This document shows positions 41,231 to 50,147 of a stretch of DNA of 58,018 bases, piece by piece. Both the position numbers and the translations under genes were made by a program. Every line of letters starts with the position of its first letter. Positions within the stretch are counted from its first letter, which is position 1. The notes beneath the pieces are model-generated. The model was not told the origin of the DNA, made no database searches, and saw only the letters and a program-made list of their open reading frames with translations. The DNA comes from Candidatus Omnitrophota bacterium (GTDB lineage Bacteria; Omnitrophota; Gorgyraeia; JAHIPI01): the NCBI GenBank assembly GCA_043800065.1, contig JAZDNG010000006.1, forward strand, positions 1 through 58,018, written 5' to 3'.

Positions 41231-41341
41231 AAGACAACCACAAAGTTGAGCAGCACTTTACCGGAGCGAGGAGAGTATCAATATTATTGACTTATACGCA
41301 AAATAGTTGTATATTTATACCCATATAAATAGGAGACAGAA

Positions 41342-41494
41342 ATGAAATTAATTTGTAAATTTTTACTTGTTGGAATCGTATTGTTGCTGATGGCGCAGCT
41401 TGTCGGATGCGGGGAGACGTTCACCGGCATAGGCAAGGATATTAAAAGAGTCGGGCAGGGTGTCAAGACGATATTCCTCAGAGACGGCAGCTAA
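41342..41494 (+). CDS. entericidin EcnA/B-like small lipoprotein (50 aa; not in ORF track)
   Basis: Signal peptide with LVGC lipobox, then GETFTGIGKDI; SD AGGAG; TAATG coupling to lpxA. Confidence 0.8.
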   Translation: MKLICKFLLVGIVLLLMAQLVGCGETFTGIGKDIKRVGQGVKTIFLRDGS

Positions 41495-42312
41495 TGGCGA
41501 TACATACCACAGCGGTCATAAATCCCGGAGCAAAGATAGCGCCTGAGGTCGAAATAGGCCCTTACGTTGTGATCGAGAATAACGTAACTATAGGCCCCGG
41601 CGTTAAGATATGGGCGAATGCTTATATATCGGAAGGAACCGAGATAGGAGAGTCTTCCGAAGTCCACATGGGCGCTGTTATAGGCCATTTTCCGCAGGAT
41701 CTATCCTTTCGGAAGAAAAGAAGCTATCTAAAAATAGGCAAGCGCAACATCATCCGGGAATACGCCACTATCCACCGCGGCACCCAGGAGGAGTCTTCCA
41801 CCATAATAGGCGATGACAATTTTATAATGGGTTTTGTCCACATAGCCCATAACTGCAAAATAGGCAATAACGTTATACTTGCCAATGCCGCTACTCTAGG
41901 CGGTCATGTAGAAGTTGAAGACAGGGCCTTTGTTTCGGTATACTGCGCAATACACCAATTTGTCAGAATAGGAGCAGTCTCCATGATATCCGCCCGTACG
42001 CGTTTGGGCAAGGACCTGCCGCCGTATATGCTTCTTTCTCCGGCTAGAGGGGAGGCAAGTATTTTTGGCCTAAATGCGCTTGGTTTACGAAGGGCAGGAT
42101 TTTCTCCGGAAGTTCGCAGCAATATTAAAAAGGCCTATAAGGTGATTTATCATTCCGGACTTAAATTGCCGGAGGCCGTAATTCGGCTTGAAGAATCGAA
42201 TCCCGGCCCGGAAGTGCAGCACTTGATAGATTTCATGAAGAAAAAAACGAAACGAGGATTGTCCCCCCACATCAGAAAGACCTTAGCCGCTCCTGTCGAA
42301 TTCGCCGAATAA
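41494..42312 (+). CDS. lpxA: UDP-N-acetylglucosamine acyltransferase
   Basis: IHTTAVI, hexapeptide repeats, PQD, IREYATIHRGT, HIAHNC, GLNALGLRR. Confidence 0.9.
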   Translation: MAIHTTAVINPGAKIAPEVEIGPYVVIENNVTIGPGVKIWANAYISEGTEIGESSEVHMGAVIGHFPQDLSFRKKRSYLKIGKRNIIREYATIHRGTQEESSTIIGDDNFIMGFVHIAHNCKIGNNVILANAATLGGHVEVEDRAFVSVYCAIHQFVRIGAVSMISARTRLGKDLPPYMLLSPARGEASIFGLNALGLRRAGFSPEVRSNIKKAYKVIYHSGLKLPEAVIRLEESNPGPEVQHLIDFMKKKTKRGLSPHIRKTLAAPVEFAE

Positions 42313-42335
42313 TCCCACCGATAGGTGAGGCAGAT

Positions 42336-42917
42336 CTAATCGCTTATATTAAGACTTGGCTCGTCGAAAAGCACCTTTCCGGTCGATTTATTACCGCCTG
42401 TCATTACGAAACTGAATATGGCTTTCTTAGCGTTCCGCGGAACGAGCCCTCGCACAGCCAGTTTAGTCCAATTTGTCGGCTGCGTTATGCTGTTTGACTT
42501 GGCGATCTTTACCTCGTTTTCGGAAGCGTCGAGAAATTTTACCTCTATATATGCTTTGGCATCGTGCTTAAGCGGCACATCATTGCTCTTATTGAGCACC
42601 CATCCGCTTGCCTCAAAGGCCTTGGCCGGAGTTACATCTACAGTTTGGCTTATACCGCCCCACCTTTCGCCTTCGCCGTAAAATATCTTTCCTGCGCATT
42701 TTGATCCGGCATAGACCATCTCTTTCGGCGCCGGAAATCCGGCCACGCCGTCTTTAGGCTCGCCGGAAGCGCTTCCGCTCCAGTCTGCCCAGTCGGCGGG
42801 TGGAAAATCGCCTGCTTCGAAACCGGCGTTTAGAAGTATATTTGCCGCATAGGATTCCGGTGTTACACAAGATAATAATAGCGCTGTGATAAATGCGCAC
42901 AAAATGTTTCTGGCCAT
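42336..42917 (-). CDS. secreted carbohydrate-binding (CBM4/9-like) domain protein
   Basis: Signal peptide, NILLNAGFE, W-rich, C-terminal VLFDE; only - strand gene. Confidence 0.65.
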   Translation of the reverse strand: MARNILCAFITALLLSCVTPESYAANILLNAGFEAGDFPPADWADWSGSASGEPKDGVAGFPAPKEMVYAGSKCAGKIFYGEGERWGGISQTVDVTPAKAFEASGWVLNKSNDVPLKHDAKAYIEVKFLDASENEVKIAKSNSITQPTNWTKLAVRGLVPRNAKKAIFSFVMTGGNKSTGKVLFDEPSLNISD

Positions 42918-43170
42918 TGCTCACCTCCGTTTGGTTTGGGTAAATACATCATCCCCCTACGCCGTTGTACGTGTGTATCGTCAACAATAGCTTCGGGGGA
43001 TTCCGCCTGCATGGCAAAAGAATGCCTGAGGCTACAGTAGTATACCATATTTTCGTTTATTTTTGTTGAAAAGCGCCAGTATAGCGTATATACTTAGACT
43101 AAAATAAATGAGACCATAACTTACGAGCCGTTGCTTTAGATATGTGAACGTAAGTTATAAGGTCGAATTT

Positions 43171-43257
43171 ATCCTGAGAACGCGACAAGCAGGAGCGGTC
43201 GAAGGATCCCAAAAATAGATTGCTTCGCCCCGACGATACGTCGGGGCTCGCAATGAC
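43171..43257. repeat. two adjacent REP-like hairpins
   Basis: ATCCTGAG...CGAAGGAT (43171-43207) and GATTGCTTCG-hairpin-CTCGCAATGAC (43218-43257). Confidence 0.75.
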
Positions 43258-43270
43258 ATAGGAGAAATGG

Positions 43271-43939
43271 ATGAAAAAATATATGCCTGAAGAGGACTTT
43301 ACTGCAGAAGACCCATGGCGCGTTTTTCGCATTATGGGCGAATTTGTTGACGGGTTTGAGACGCTTTCAAAGGTCGGGCCTGCGGTTTCCATATTCGGGT
43401 CTGCCAGGACGAAAAAAGGCAGCAAACATTATGTATTAGCCGAACGAATCGGCGCTCTCCTTGCCAAGGAGGGCTATACCGTAATCACCGGTGCCGGGTC
43501 GGGAATAATGGAAGCCGGAAATAAAGGGGCAAAGACAGCGGGGGGAGCATCCATAGGATTGAACATCGAAGTTCCTGTTGTGCAAAAGCCAAACAGGTAC
43601 ATTACTACTTTGCTCGAATTCAGGTACTTTTTCTGCCGAAAAGTCATGTTTGTTAAGTATAGCAAGGCCTTTGTGGTACTGCCGGGCGGCTTCGGAACTC
43701 TGGATGAATTATTTGAGGCGCTTACCTTGGTGCAGACAGGAAGAATCGTGCCTTTTCCGATAATAATAGCCGGCAAAGAATACTGGAGCGGGCTTTTAGA
43801 TTGGGTCAAAAAAAGTATGTGCAGGAATGGCTGTATATCCGAGGCGGATTTAAAACTCTTTCACCTTGTCGATACGCCTGAGGAAGTCATAGCAATCTTA
43901 AGAAAATTTTACGGTTCAAAGAAAAATACCCGCAAATAA
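43271..43939 (+). CDS. LOG-family (TIGR00730) protein
   Basis: FGSAR, RKVMF, PGGFGTLDE. Confidence 0.92.
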   Translation: MKKYMPEEDFTAEDPWRVFRIMGEFVDGFETLSKVGPAVSIFGSARTKKGSKHYVLAERIGALLAKEGYTVITGAGSGIMEAGNKGAKTAGGASIGLNIEVPVVQKPNRYITTLLEFRYFFCRKVMFVKYSKAFVVLPGGFGTLDELFEALTLVQTGRIVPFPIIIAGKEYWSGLLDWVKKSMCRNGCISEADLKLFHLVDTPEEVIAILRKFYGSKKNTRK

Positions 43940-43966
43940 CAACACATCGTAAAGACATGTATTGAT

Positions 43967-45199
43967 ATGGCCAAGAGGATACTTAAGGTTCTAATTCTTT
44001 GTTTTATCTCTGCTTCGCTATTCGTTTTTATAGCCCTTGTACTTCTAAATAATTTTTTGGCGCCGGCAATAGAAAAGAAGATACGGCAGTTTGCGGCCGA
44101 AAATTTCGACAAGCGCGTGCAGCTTGCCGAAGTAAGCGTAAAACTTCCGGAAGCCGTTGTGCATATAGAAGGTTTCGAACTGGCCGCTTGCAGCCTAGGA
44201 AAATCCTGCGTTTCGATAACTGCGGGTGAAACAGTCCTGCATTTAAGCCTGATAAGCACGATTTTACAAAAGAAACTCATATTTGATGAAGCGTACCTCA
44301 ATGACTGGGTATTTATTATAGAAAAGATTACCCCTCCGTCGTCAAAAGTTCCCGCATCGGCCGGCACATCCCAAGGGGGCGGTACGCCCGATTCAACCAA
44401 AAACTTATTTTCTTCCATCCATGCGAGGCTAATAAAGGTGGAGAACTTAAAATGCATTTTTAAGGATAGTGTTAACATACAGCCGCCCGCGCCTATTGAG
44501 CTGTCAGGCATAAATGGAGTAGTAAGCAATTTTTCCGCATCACTGGAAAAGGTGGGGGATTTCAAGGGAAGAGTAAATTTTAAGGGCCACTTCGATTCTG
44601 ACGATAAAGGAGTACTCAAGGTCGCCGCAAGCGTTTCCAGGGAAGGAAAAAGAGTAGATTTTACGGTGACGTCGGAGCTTTTGGATGCCGACCTCACATA
44701 TTTTTCGCGATATTACGCAAATACATCCTTTACCATTATCAAGGAAGCGCGGATAGACATTATGTCGGATGCCAAATGCAGTAATAATGAATTAATGACT
44801 TCGCATGAGGCGCATATTTATAATATTGGGCTCAACGATGTAACCCCCCGCCCGGACGACACATTGTTTACTTTACCGGCCGTCACGGTGATAAATTTTT
44901 TCAAAGATTATGGAGGAGAAGTGAAGTTTGGTTTTAACATAAATGGCCCGCTTAACGACCCCAAGTTTGAACCTAGTCCGCTCATACAAAAAGTTCTTTC
45001 AAAGGCGCTTGGCGATAGAATTGCGGCAAAGCTTAAAGAATTGCCGCGTGATGTTGCGAAAATGAGCGAAAAGGCGATCAAGGGCGGCCTGGACATAGGT
45101 AAAGAATCGCAGATCTGGTTTAAAGAGATAGAAAAGAGGTTCGGAGATTTCAGGAAAGAATTGAAGGAAAAGTACGATGCCAGCAAAAAAGTTGACTGA
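43967..45199 (+). CDS. DUF748/AsmA-like membrane-anchored protein
   Basis: N-terminal TM anchor, beta-rich body, INGPLNDPKF. Confidence 0.6.
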   Translation: MAKRILKVLILCFISASLFVFIALVLLNNFLAPAIEKKIRQFAAENFDKRVQLAEVSVKLPEAVVHIEGFELAACSLGKSCVSITAGETVLHLSLISTILQKKLIFDEAYLNDWVFIIEKITPPSSKVPASAGTSQGGGTPDSTKNLFSSIHARLIKVENLKCIFKDSVNIQPPAPIELSGINGVVSNFSASLEKVGDFKGRVNFKGHFDSDDKGVLKVAASVSREGKRVDFTVTSELLDADLTYFSRYYANTSFTIIKEARIDIMSDAKCSNNELMTSHEAHIYNIGLNDVTPRPDDTLFTLPAVTVINFFKDYGGEVKFGFNINGPLNDPKFEPSPLIQKVLSKALGDRIAAKLKELPRDVAKMSEKAIKGGLDIGKESQIWFKEIEKRFGDFRKELKEKYDASKKVD

Positions 45200-45202
45200 G
45201 AA

Positions 45203-46927
45203 ATGCACAATAAACAAATAGCGGATATATTCAAAGACACTGCCGATATTCTCGAGATACGGGGAGATAACCCTTTTCGCATAAGGGCGTATCGTAAAGC
45301 GGCAGATATCGTGGGAAATCTCACCGAAGACATATCGGTAATTGCCGCCAAAGACAAGCTGACTGAGCTTTCCGGCATAGGAGATGACCTTGCATCCAAG
45401 ATAAAAGAATTTCTTGAAACAGGTAAGATATCTTTCTACGAAAAGCTTCTACGCAAGATAAGCCCGGTGGTATTGGAGATGCTCAATATTCCGGGCATCG
45501 GCCCCAAAACAGCAAAGGTCTTGTATGATAACCTCAAGATAAAGTCCCTTAAAGACCTTGAGCGAAAGGCAAGGGCAAACCTTATAAGCGGATTACCGGG
45601 TATAAAGGATAAGACCGAAGAGAATATACTTAAAGGGCTGGAATTTTTAAAAAAAGACAGAGGCAGGATGCTAATCGATACGGCGTTTACGACAGCCGAA
45701 CATATGATCTCCGGGCTTAGGGGGCTTGCCGAAGTAATGAAGATATCTCCCGCAGGAAGTTTGCGGCGCATGAAAGAGACAATCAGGGATATCGATATAC
45801 TTGTTACATCCAAAAAGCCCCAGCGCATTATGGAAGCCTTTATGGGGCTTCCCAATGTGGCTAATGTCGCAGCCCACGGCCCTACAAAATCCAGCGTAAT
45901 GACAAAAGATAATGTGCAGGTAGACCTGCGGGTGGTGCCGCCAGAGAGTTATGGCGCCGCTATTATGTATTTTACGGGTTCAAAAGAGCACAATGTAGAA
46001 TTGCGGAAGATAGCGATAAAAAGAGGATTGAAAATCAATGAATACGGTGTTTTCAATGTAAAAAATAATAAGAGAATCGCAGGATCCGCGGAGCGGGAAA
46101 TATACGCTATTTTCAAGATGGGCTATATAGAGCCGGAGCTGAGAGAAAGTACAGGCGAAATCCAAAGTGCCCTGAAAGGCAGCCTGCCAAAACTTGTGAC
46201 CACGGATGATATTAAGGGAGATTTCCATATACATACCGAGGCCTCCGACGGTGTATTGACAATTGCCGAGATCGCGAAAACCGCCAGCCAAAAAAGGTAC
46301 AACTACGTGGTCATTACCGACCATTCGGCATCGCTCAAGATAGCCGGCGGGCTTAGCGAAAAGGAATTGTTGCGGCAGAGAAAAAAGTTGGACGCTTTTA
46401 ATAAAAAAACGAAAGGCATGAAGCTACTGCTTGGTTCCGAAGTAGATATTTTGGACGATGGAAGTATGGATTATAGAGATGATGTGCTGAAAGAACTCGA
46501 CTTTGTAATCGCGGCCATACATACGGGATTTCAGCAATCCAAGGAAAAGCTTACAAGGCGTATTGTAGGGGCCATGCATAACCGTTATGTGAATATGGTA
46601 GCCCATCCGAGCGGCAGGCTGATAGGAGAGCGCGCGGCGTACGAGCTGGACTACGATAATATATTTGTCGCTGCCAGAGATACAGGTACGGCGATAGAGA
46701 TAAATTCCTGCCCCCAAAGACTGGACCTTACTGACGTAAATTGTAAACGCGCGAAAGAAGCGGGGGTTAAGATGGCTATCGCTACCGATTCCCATGTCCA
46801 AGGCCAGATGGATAATATGATATACGGCGTCAGCGTCGCCAGGCGCGGCTGGCTCGAAAAAAGAGATGTCGTAAACTCATTGTCGCTGAAAGAGCTTTTA
46901 AACTTCGTTAAAAAGAAGCGTCGATGA
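45203..46927 (+). CDS. polX: DNA polymerase X with PHP domain
   Basis: NPFRIRAY, GSLRR, DIDIL, YFTGSKEHN, HIHT, TDSH. Confidence 0.95.
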   Translation: MHNKQIADIFKDTADILEIRGDNPFRIRAYRKAADIVGNLTEDISVIAAKDKLTELSGIGDDLASKIKEFLETGKISFYEKLLRKISPVVLEMLNIPGIGPKTAKVLYDNLKIKSLKDLERKARANLISGLPGIKDKTEENILKGLEFLKKDRGRMLIDTAFTTAEHMISGLRGLAEVMKISPAGSLRRMKETIRDIDILVTSKKPQRIMEAFMGLPNVANVAAHGPTKSSVMTKDNVQVDLRVVPPESYGAAIMYFTGSKEHNVELRKIAIKRGLKINEYGVFNVKNNKRIAGSAEREIYAIFKMGYIEPELRESTGEIQSALKGSLPKLVTTDDIKGDFHIHTEASDGVLTIAEIAKTASQKRYNYVVITDHSASLKIAGGLSEKELLRQRKKLDAFNKKTKGMKLLLGSEVDILDDGSMDYRDDVLKELDFVIAAIHTGFQQSKEKLTRRIVGAMHNRYVNMVAHPSGRLIGERAAYELDYDNIFVAARDTGTAIEINSCPQRLDLTDVNCKRAKEAGVKMAIATDSHVQGQMDNMIYGVSVARRGWLEKRDVVNSLSLKELLNFVKKKRR

Positions 46928-47562
46928 GAAGAAAATTATATAAATTATACAATGCGCTATACCGCCATTACGGGCCTCAGAAGTGGTGGCCCGCAAGGAC
47001 GAAATTCGAGGTCATAGTAGGCGCGATATTAACACAAAATACTTCCTGGAAAAACGTGGAGAAGGCCATAAGGTCACTTGCCGGCGCGAAACTGTTGAAT
47101 CCTCGTTCAATGGAAAAATCCGGCAAGAAAAGAATAGCATCTTTGATACGGCCGTCCGGTTATTATAACATAAAAGCAGAACGGCTAAAAAATTTTATAG
47201 ATTTTCTTTTTAGTAAATATGACGGCAGCCTCAGGAAGATGTTTTCGCGAGATATGCAAACTCTGCGCGCTGAACTTTTAGAAGTAAAAGGATTGGGTCC
47301 GGAAACAGCGGATTCCATACTTCTTTATGCCGGGGAAAAACCTGTTTTTGTAGTAGATGCCTACACTAAAAGAATATTATCGCGCCATAAAGTTATCTCT
47401 ATCATGGATACATACGAAAAGGTGCAGCGATTATTTATGGAAAACATCCGGCCGGACGCGCGTATTTTTAATGAATATCACGCCCTTTTAGTCCGGCTTG
47501 CCAAAGACGCCTGCAATAAAAAACCTAAGTGTTCGAAATGCCCGGCCAGAAGCGCGCTATAA
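46924..47562 (+). CDS. HhH-GPD endonuclease III-like glycosylase
   Basis: GAILTQNT, GLGPETADSILLY, VDAYT, C-terminal Cys cluster. Confidence 0.9.
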   Translation: MRRKLYKLYNALYRHYGPQKWWPARTKFEVIVGAILTQNTSWKNVEKAIRSLAGAKLLNPRSMEKSGKKRIASLIRPSGYYNIKAERLKNFIDFLFSKYDGSLRKMFSRDMQTLRAELLEVKGLGPETADSILLYAGEKPVFVVDAYTKRILSRHKVISIMDTYEKVQRLFMENIRPDARIFNEYHALLVRLAKDACNKKPKCSKCPARSAL

Positions 47563-47680
47563 ATACCTTCATTCTTAGCAAAATCTCTTGATAATAGAAT
47601 GATTGCAATGTATACTATATGCAGTATCATAACTCCAATATTAGAACTTATTTAGACGCTTGAAAAGGGGAGGATAATGA

Positions 47681-48550
47681 ATGTCAAACCATGCGGAAAC
47701 AAAAGAATCTGCTAAAAAAACGATAGTGCTTGCTCTTCCACACTTTTTGGATATGTTCGGCTCTTATTATGCCATGGAAATAATGAAGGGCGTAGGAAAA
47801 GCGATAGAAAATTATCCTTACGACTTGCAGCTTCATATATTTGACGCTGTGATGGAAGAAGAGGCTATAAAAGAACACCTGACCGCGGTTACCCGCTTGG
47901 GCGGGGTTCTCTTTGCGGATATAGACGGCAACCGCAAAATCATCAACATGGTTCGCAAGAATAAGATACCCTACATCATAATGAATAATATATTTGACGA
48001 TAATGAAACAAATTATGCGGGCATAGACAATAAAGTATCGGCCAAAGAAGCTGTTCAATATCTTATAGACCTTGGTCATAAAAAAATAGCCACCATAACC
48101 GGCAATCCGAAGACACAATCGGCGATAATGCGCCTTGAAGGGTATAAGGATGCCCTTCGCGATAACAAAATACAGGAAAATCCGGAATATATAGTAAACG
48201 GCGCTTATAACAGGGAAAAGGCCCAGGAAGCAATGGTGAAGCTTATAAATGAAAAACCGCGGCCGACGGCTATTTTTGCCGCAAGTGATCTTATGGCTTT
48301 TGGGGCTATTATGATGGCGCTAAAAGAGGATGTAAAAGTACCCGAAGAAATCTCGATAATGGGTTTTGATAATAGCCCGCTTGCCGCGCTGGGCCACGTT
48401 ACCATTACTACCGTGAGCCAACCGCTGGCAGAAATTGGCATGGTATCCGCTAAGGCATTGATCGATATTATAGAGGGGAATATAAAACAACCTTTCCAAC
48501 AAATTCTGAAGACGACCCTGATCATGGGCAGTTCTTGCAGGAAGGTGTAA
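47681..48550 (+). CDS. LacI-type sensor domain without DNA-binding HTH
   Basis: YLIDLGHKKIA, RLEGY, PTAIFAASD, SIMGFD; N-terminus starts at the core domain. Confidence 0.85.
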   Translation: MSNHAETKESAKKTIVLALPHFLDMFGSYYAMEIMKGVGKAIENYPYDLQLHIFDAVMEEEAIKEHLTAVTRLGGVLFADIDGNRKIINMVRKNKIPYIIMNNIFDDNETNYAGIDNKVSAKEAVQYLIDLGHKKIATITGNPKTQSAIMRLEGYKDALRDNKIQENPEYIVNGAYNREKAQEAMVKLINEKPRPTAIFAASDLMAFGAIMMALKEDVKVPEEISIMGFDNSPLAALGHVTITTVSQPLAEIGMVSAKALIDIIEGNIKQPFQQILKTTLIMGSSCRKV

Positions 48551-48555
48551 ATATT

Positions 48556-48615
48556 TGCACGTAAATCGCCCTTCGGATGCTCCTCTTCGTCGCATCCGCA
48601 GGACGAATTCGTGCA
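48556..48615. repeat. CTTCGG...CCGCAG hairpin with TCCTCTTCGTC loop
   Basis: Same bulge and loop as 32493-32551 with a different stem. Confidence 0.7.
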
Positions 48616-48637
48616 CGCACGAATTCGGAGGCTTAAA

Positions 48638-49030
48638 ATGGTGAAGAAGAAAAAGAAGAAAGCCAAAAAAGCCGTAACTAAGAAAAAAATAAAAGCCAGA
48701 GCAAGAAAATCTAAACCACCCGCAAAGGAAAAAAAGCGGAAGGTCAAAAAGGCAATAAAAAAAGTAAGCATACCGGTTGAAGAAGGAACTCTAATAGGAA
48801 AGGTTACGCATTATTTCCCGCATGTTAAAGCAGGTGCCATATTGATAGGAAAAGGCCAGCTTGTTTTAGGCGATACAATACGAGTAAAAGGCCACACATC
48901 CGACTTTAAACAGAAGATAATGTCTATGCAAATAGACAGAGTTTCGGTAGAAAAGGCATCTAAGGGCCAAGAAATAGGCATACTTGTCAAGGCAAGGGTG
49001 AGAATACACGACAAGGTTTATAAAATATAA
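48638..49030 (+). CDS. EF-Tu domain-2-like beta-barrel with Lys/Arg-rich N-terminal tail
   Basis: GKVTHYF, GDTIRVKGHTSDFKQ, SMQI, GQEIGI; SD GGAGG. Confidence 0.75.
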   Translation: MVKKKKKKAKKAVTKKKIKARARKSKPPAKEKKRKVKKAIKKVSIPVEEGTLIGKVTHYFPHVKAGAILIGKGQLVLGDTIRVKGHTSDFKQKIMSMQIDRVSVEKASKGQEIGILVKARVRIHDKVYKI

Positions 49031-49035
49031 AGCAT

Positions 49036-49878
49036 ATGAAACAGCGCGCCAAATCGGAGATATCCCTTAGCGTTACCAGTGATTTTAAAATGGGAATGGT
49101 GGTGCTGATATTCCTTATTACATGTTTCCATCTCTTCGAAGTGGTCTACTTTCCGAATGTCACGATTGTTTCCAATGAGATCCTGTTAGGTGTTGTGCTT
49201 TTGGCAATAGCCTACCTTTGGATACGGGAGGTAAAGGACAGAAAAGGTATACAGGTTGTAAACGAAGAGCTCTTAACAACACAGGAGGAGCTTAAAGAAT
49301 CTAACATTGCCGCAATGAAAGCGCTTATAATGAGCGAAGAGGCGCGGGATACGTATACGAGCGGCCATAGTAAGCGGGTAACGGAATATGCTGTCGCAAT
49401 AGCAAAAAGAGCGGGCTTGGACCGTGAAGAGAGAAGGCATATAGAATACGCGGGCTATCTCCACGACATAGGTAAAATAGGTATTAGCGATGCGATCCTT
49501 AATAAGGCCGGAAGCCTGAACGCTGATGAATGGCAAATTGTAAAAAAACATCCGAACACGGCGTTGGAGATACTGGACCCTCTTAAATTCCTGCCTGAGG
49601 AAAAAATCATAATAAAACATCATCACGAACGGTATGACGGTAAAGGTTATCCCGACGGTTTAAAAGAAGAGGAGATTCCTTTAGGCGCAAGAATAATGGC
49701 AGTGGCGGATTCATTCGACGCTATGAATTCAAAGAGGCCATACCGTGGCGCCCTTCCTAAAGATAAGATAATATCCGAATTAAAGGCATCAAAAGGCACT
49801 CAGCTGGACCCGAAAATAGTAGATATATTTTTGGCCATGCTAGATAAAGACAGCTGGATTTTTGAAAGGAAAGACTAA
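49036..49878 (+). CDS. membrane-anchored HD-GYP c-di-GMP phosphodiesterase
   Basis: Two TM, YTSGHSKRV, LHDIGKIG, HHERYDGKGYP, VADSFDAM. Confidence 0.92.
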   Translation: MKQRAKSEISLSVTSDFKMGMVVLIFLITCFHLFEVVYFPNVTIVSNEILLGVVLLAIAYLWIREVKDRKGIQVVNEELLTTQEELKESNIAAMKALIMSEEARDTYTSGHSKRVTEYAVAIAKRAGLDREERRHIEYAGYLHDIGKIGISDAILNKAGSLNADEWQIVKKHPNTALEILDPLKFLPEEKIIIKHHHERYDGKGYPDGLKEEEIPLGARIMAVADSFDAMNSKRPYRGALPKDKIISELKASKGTQLDPKIVDIFLAMLDKDSWIFERKD

Positions 49879-49886
49879 AAGCAACC

Positions 49887-50147
49887 ATGGAGAATAGGCT
49901 GCATAAAAAGATATTATTGGGATTGGGGCTTGATACCAAAGACGGCCACGTAAGGGTCACTAAGGGTAAGAATTTCAGGCTTTACGGAGGGTCGGAAGAG
50001 ACGCACGAATTTATGCAGGATAAGGCCGTTAAATTTAATGAGATTTTGGATAAAAAGGGCAAAACTTTAGATAACATCAATAAGGAAGAATTTTATGATA
50101 TTGCGTCCAAAATCGGCCTGAAAATAAATGAGAATGAAGATGGGTGA
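49887..50147 (+). CDS. small hypothetical protein
   Basis: 86 aa, LLGLGLD..DGHVRVTKG..GGSEETHE, tightly packed in the operon. Confidence 0.75.
   Translation: MENRLHKKILLGLGLDTKDGHVRVTKGKNFRLYGGSEETHEFMQDKAVKFNEILDKKGKTLDNINKEEFYDIASKIGLKINENEDG

Noticed and set aside
40880-41243. Minus-strand ORFs over the structured element, and other antisense ORFs in the track
   Set aside because: No recognisable domains; shadows of + strand genes or GC-rich hairpins
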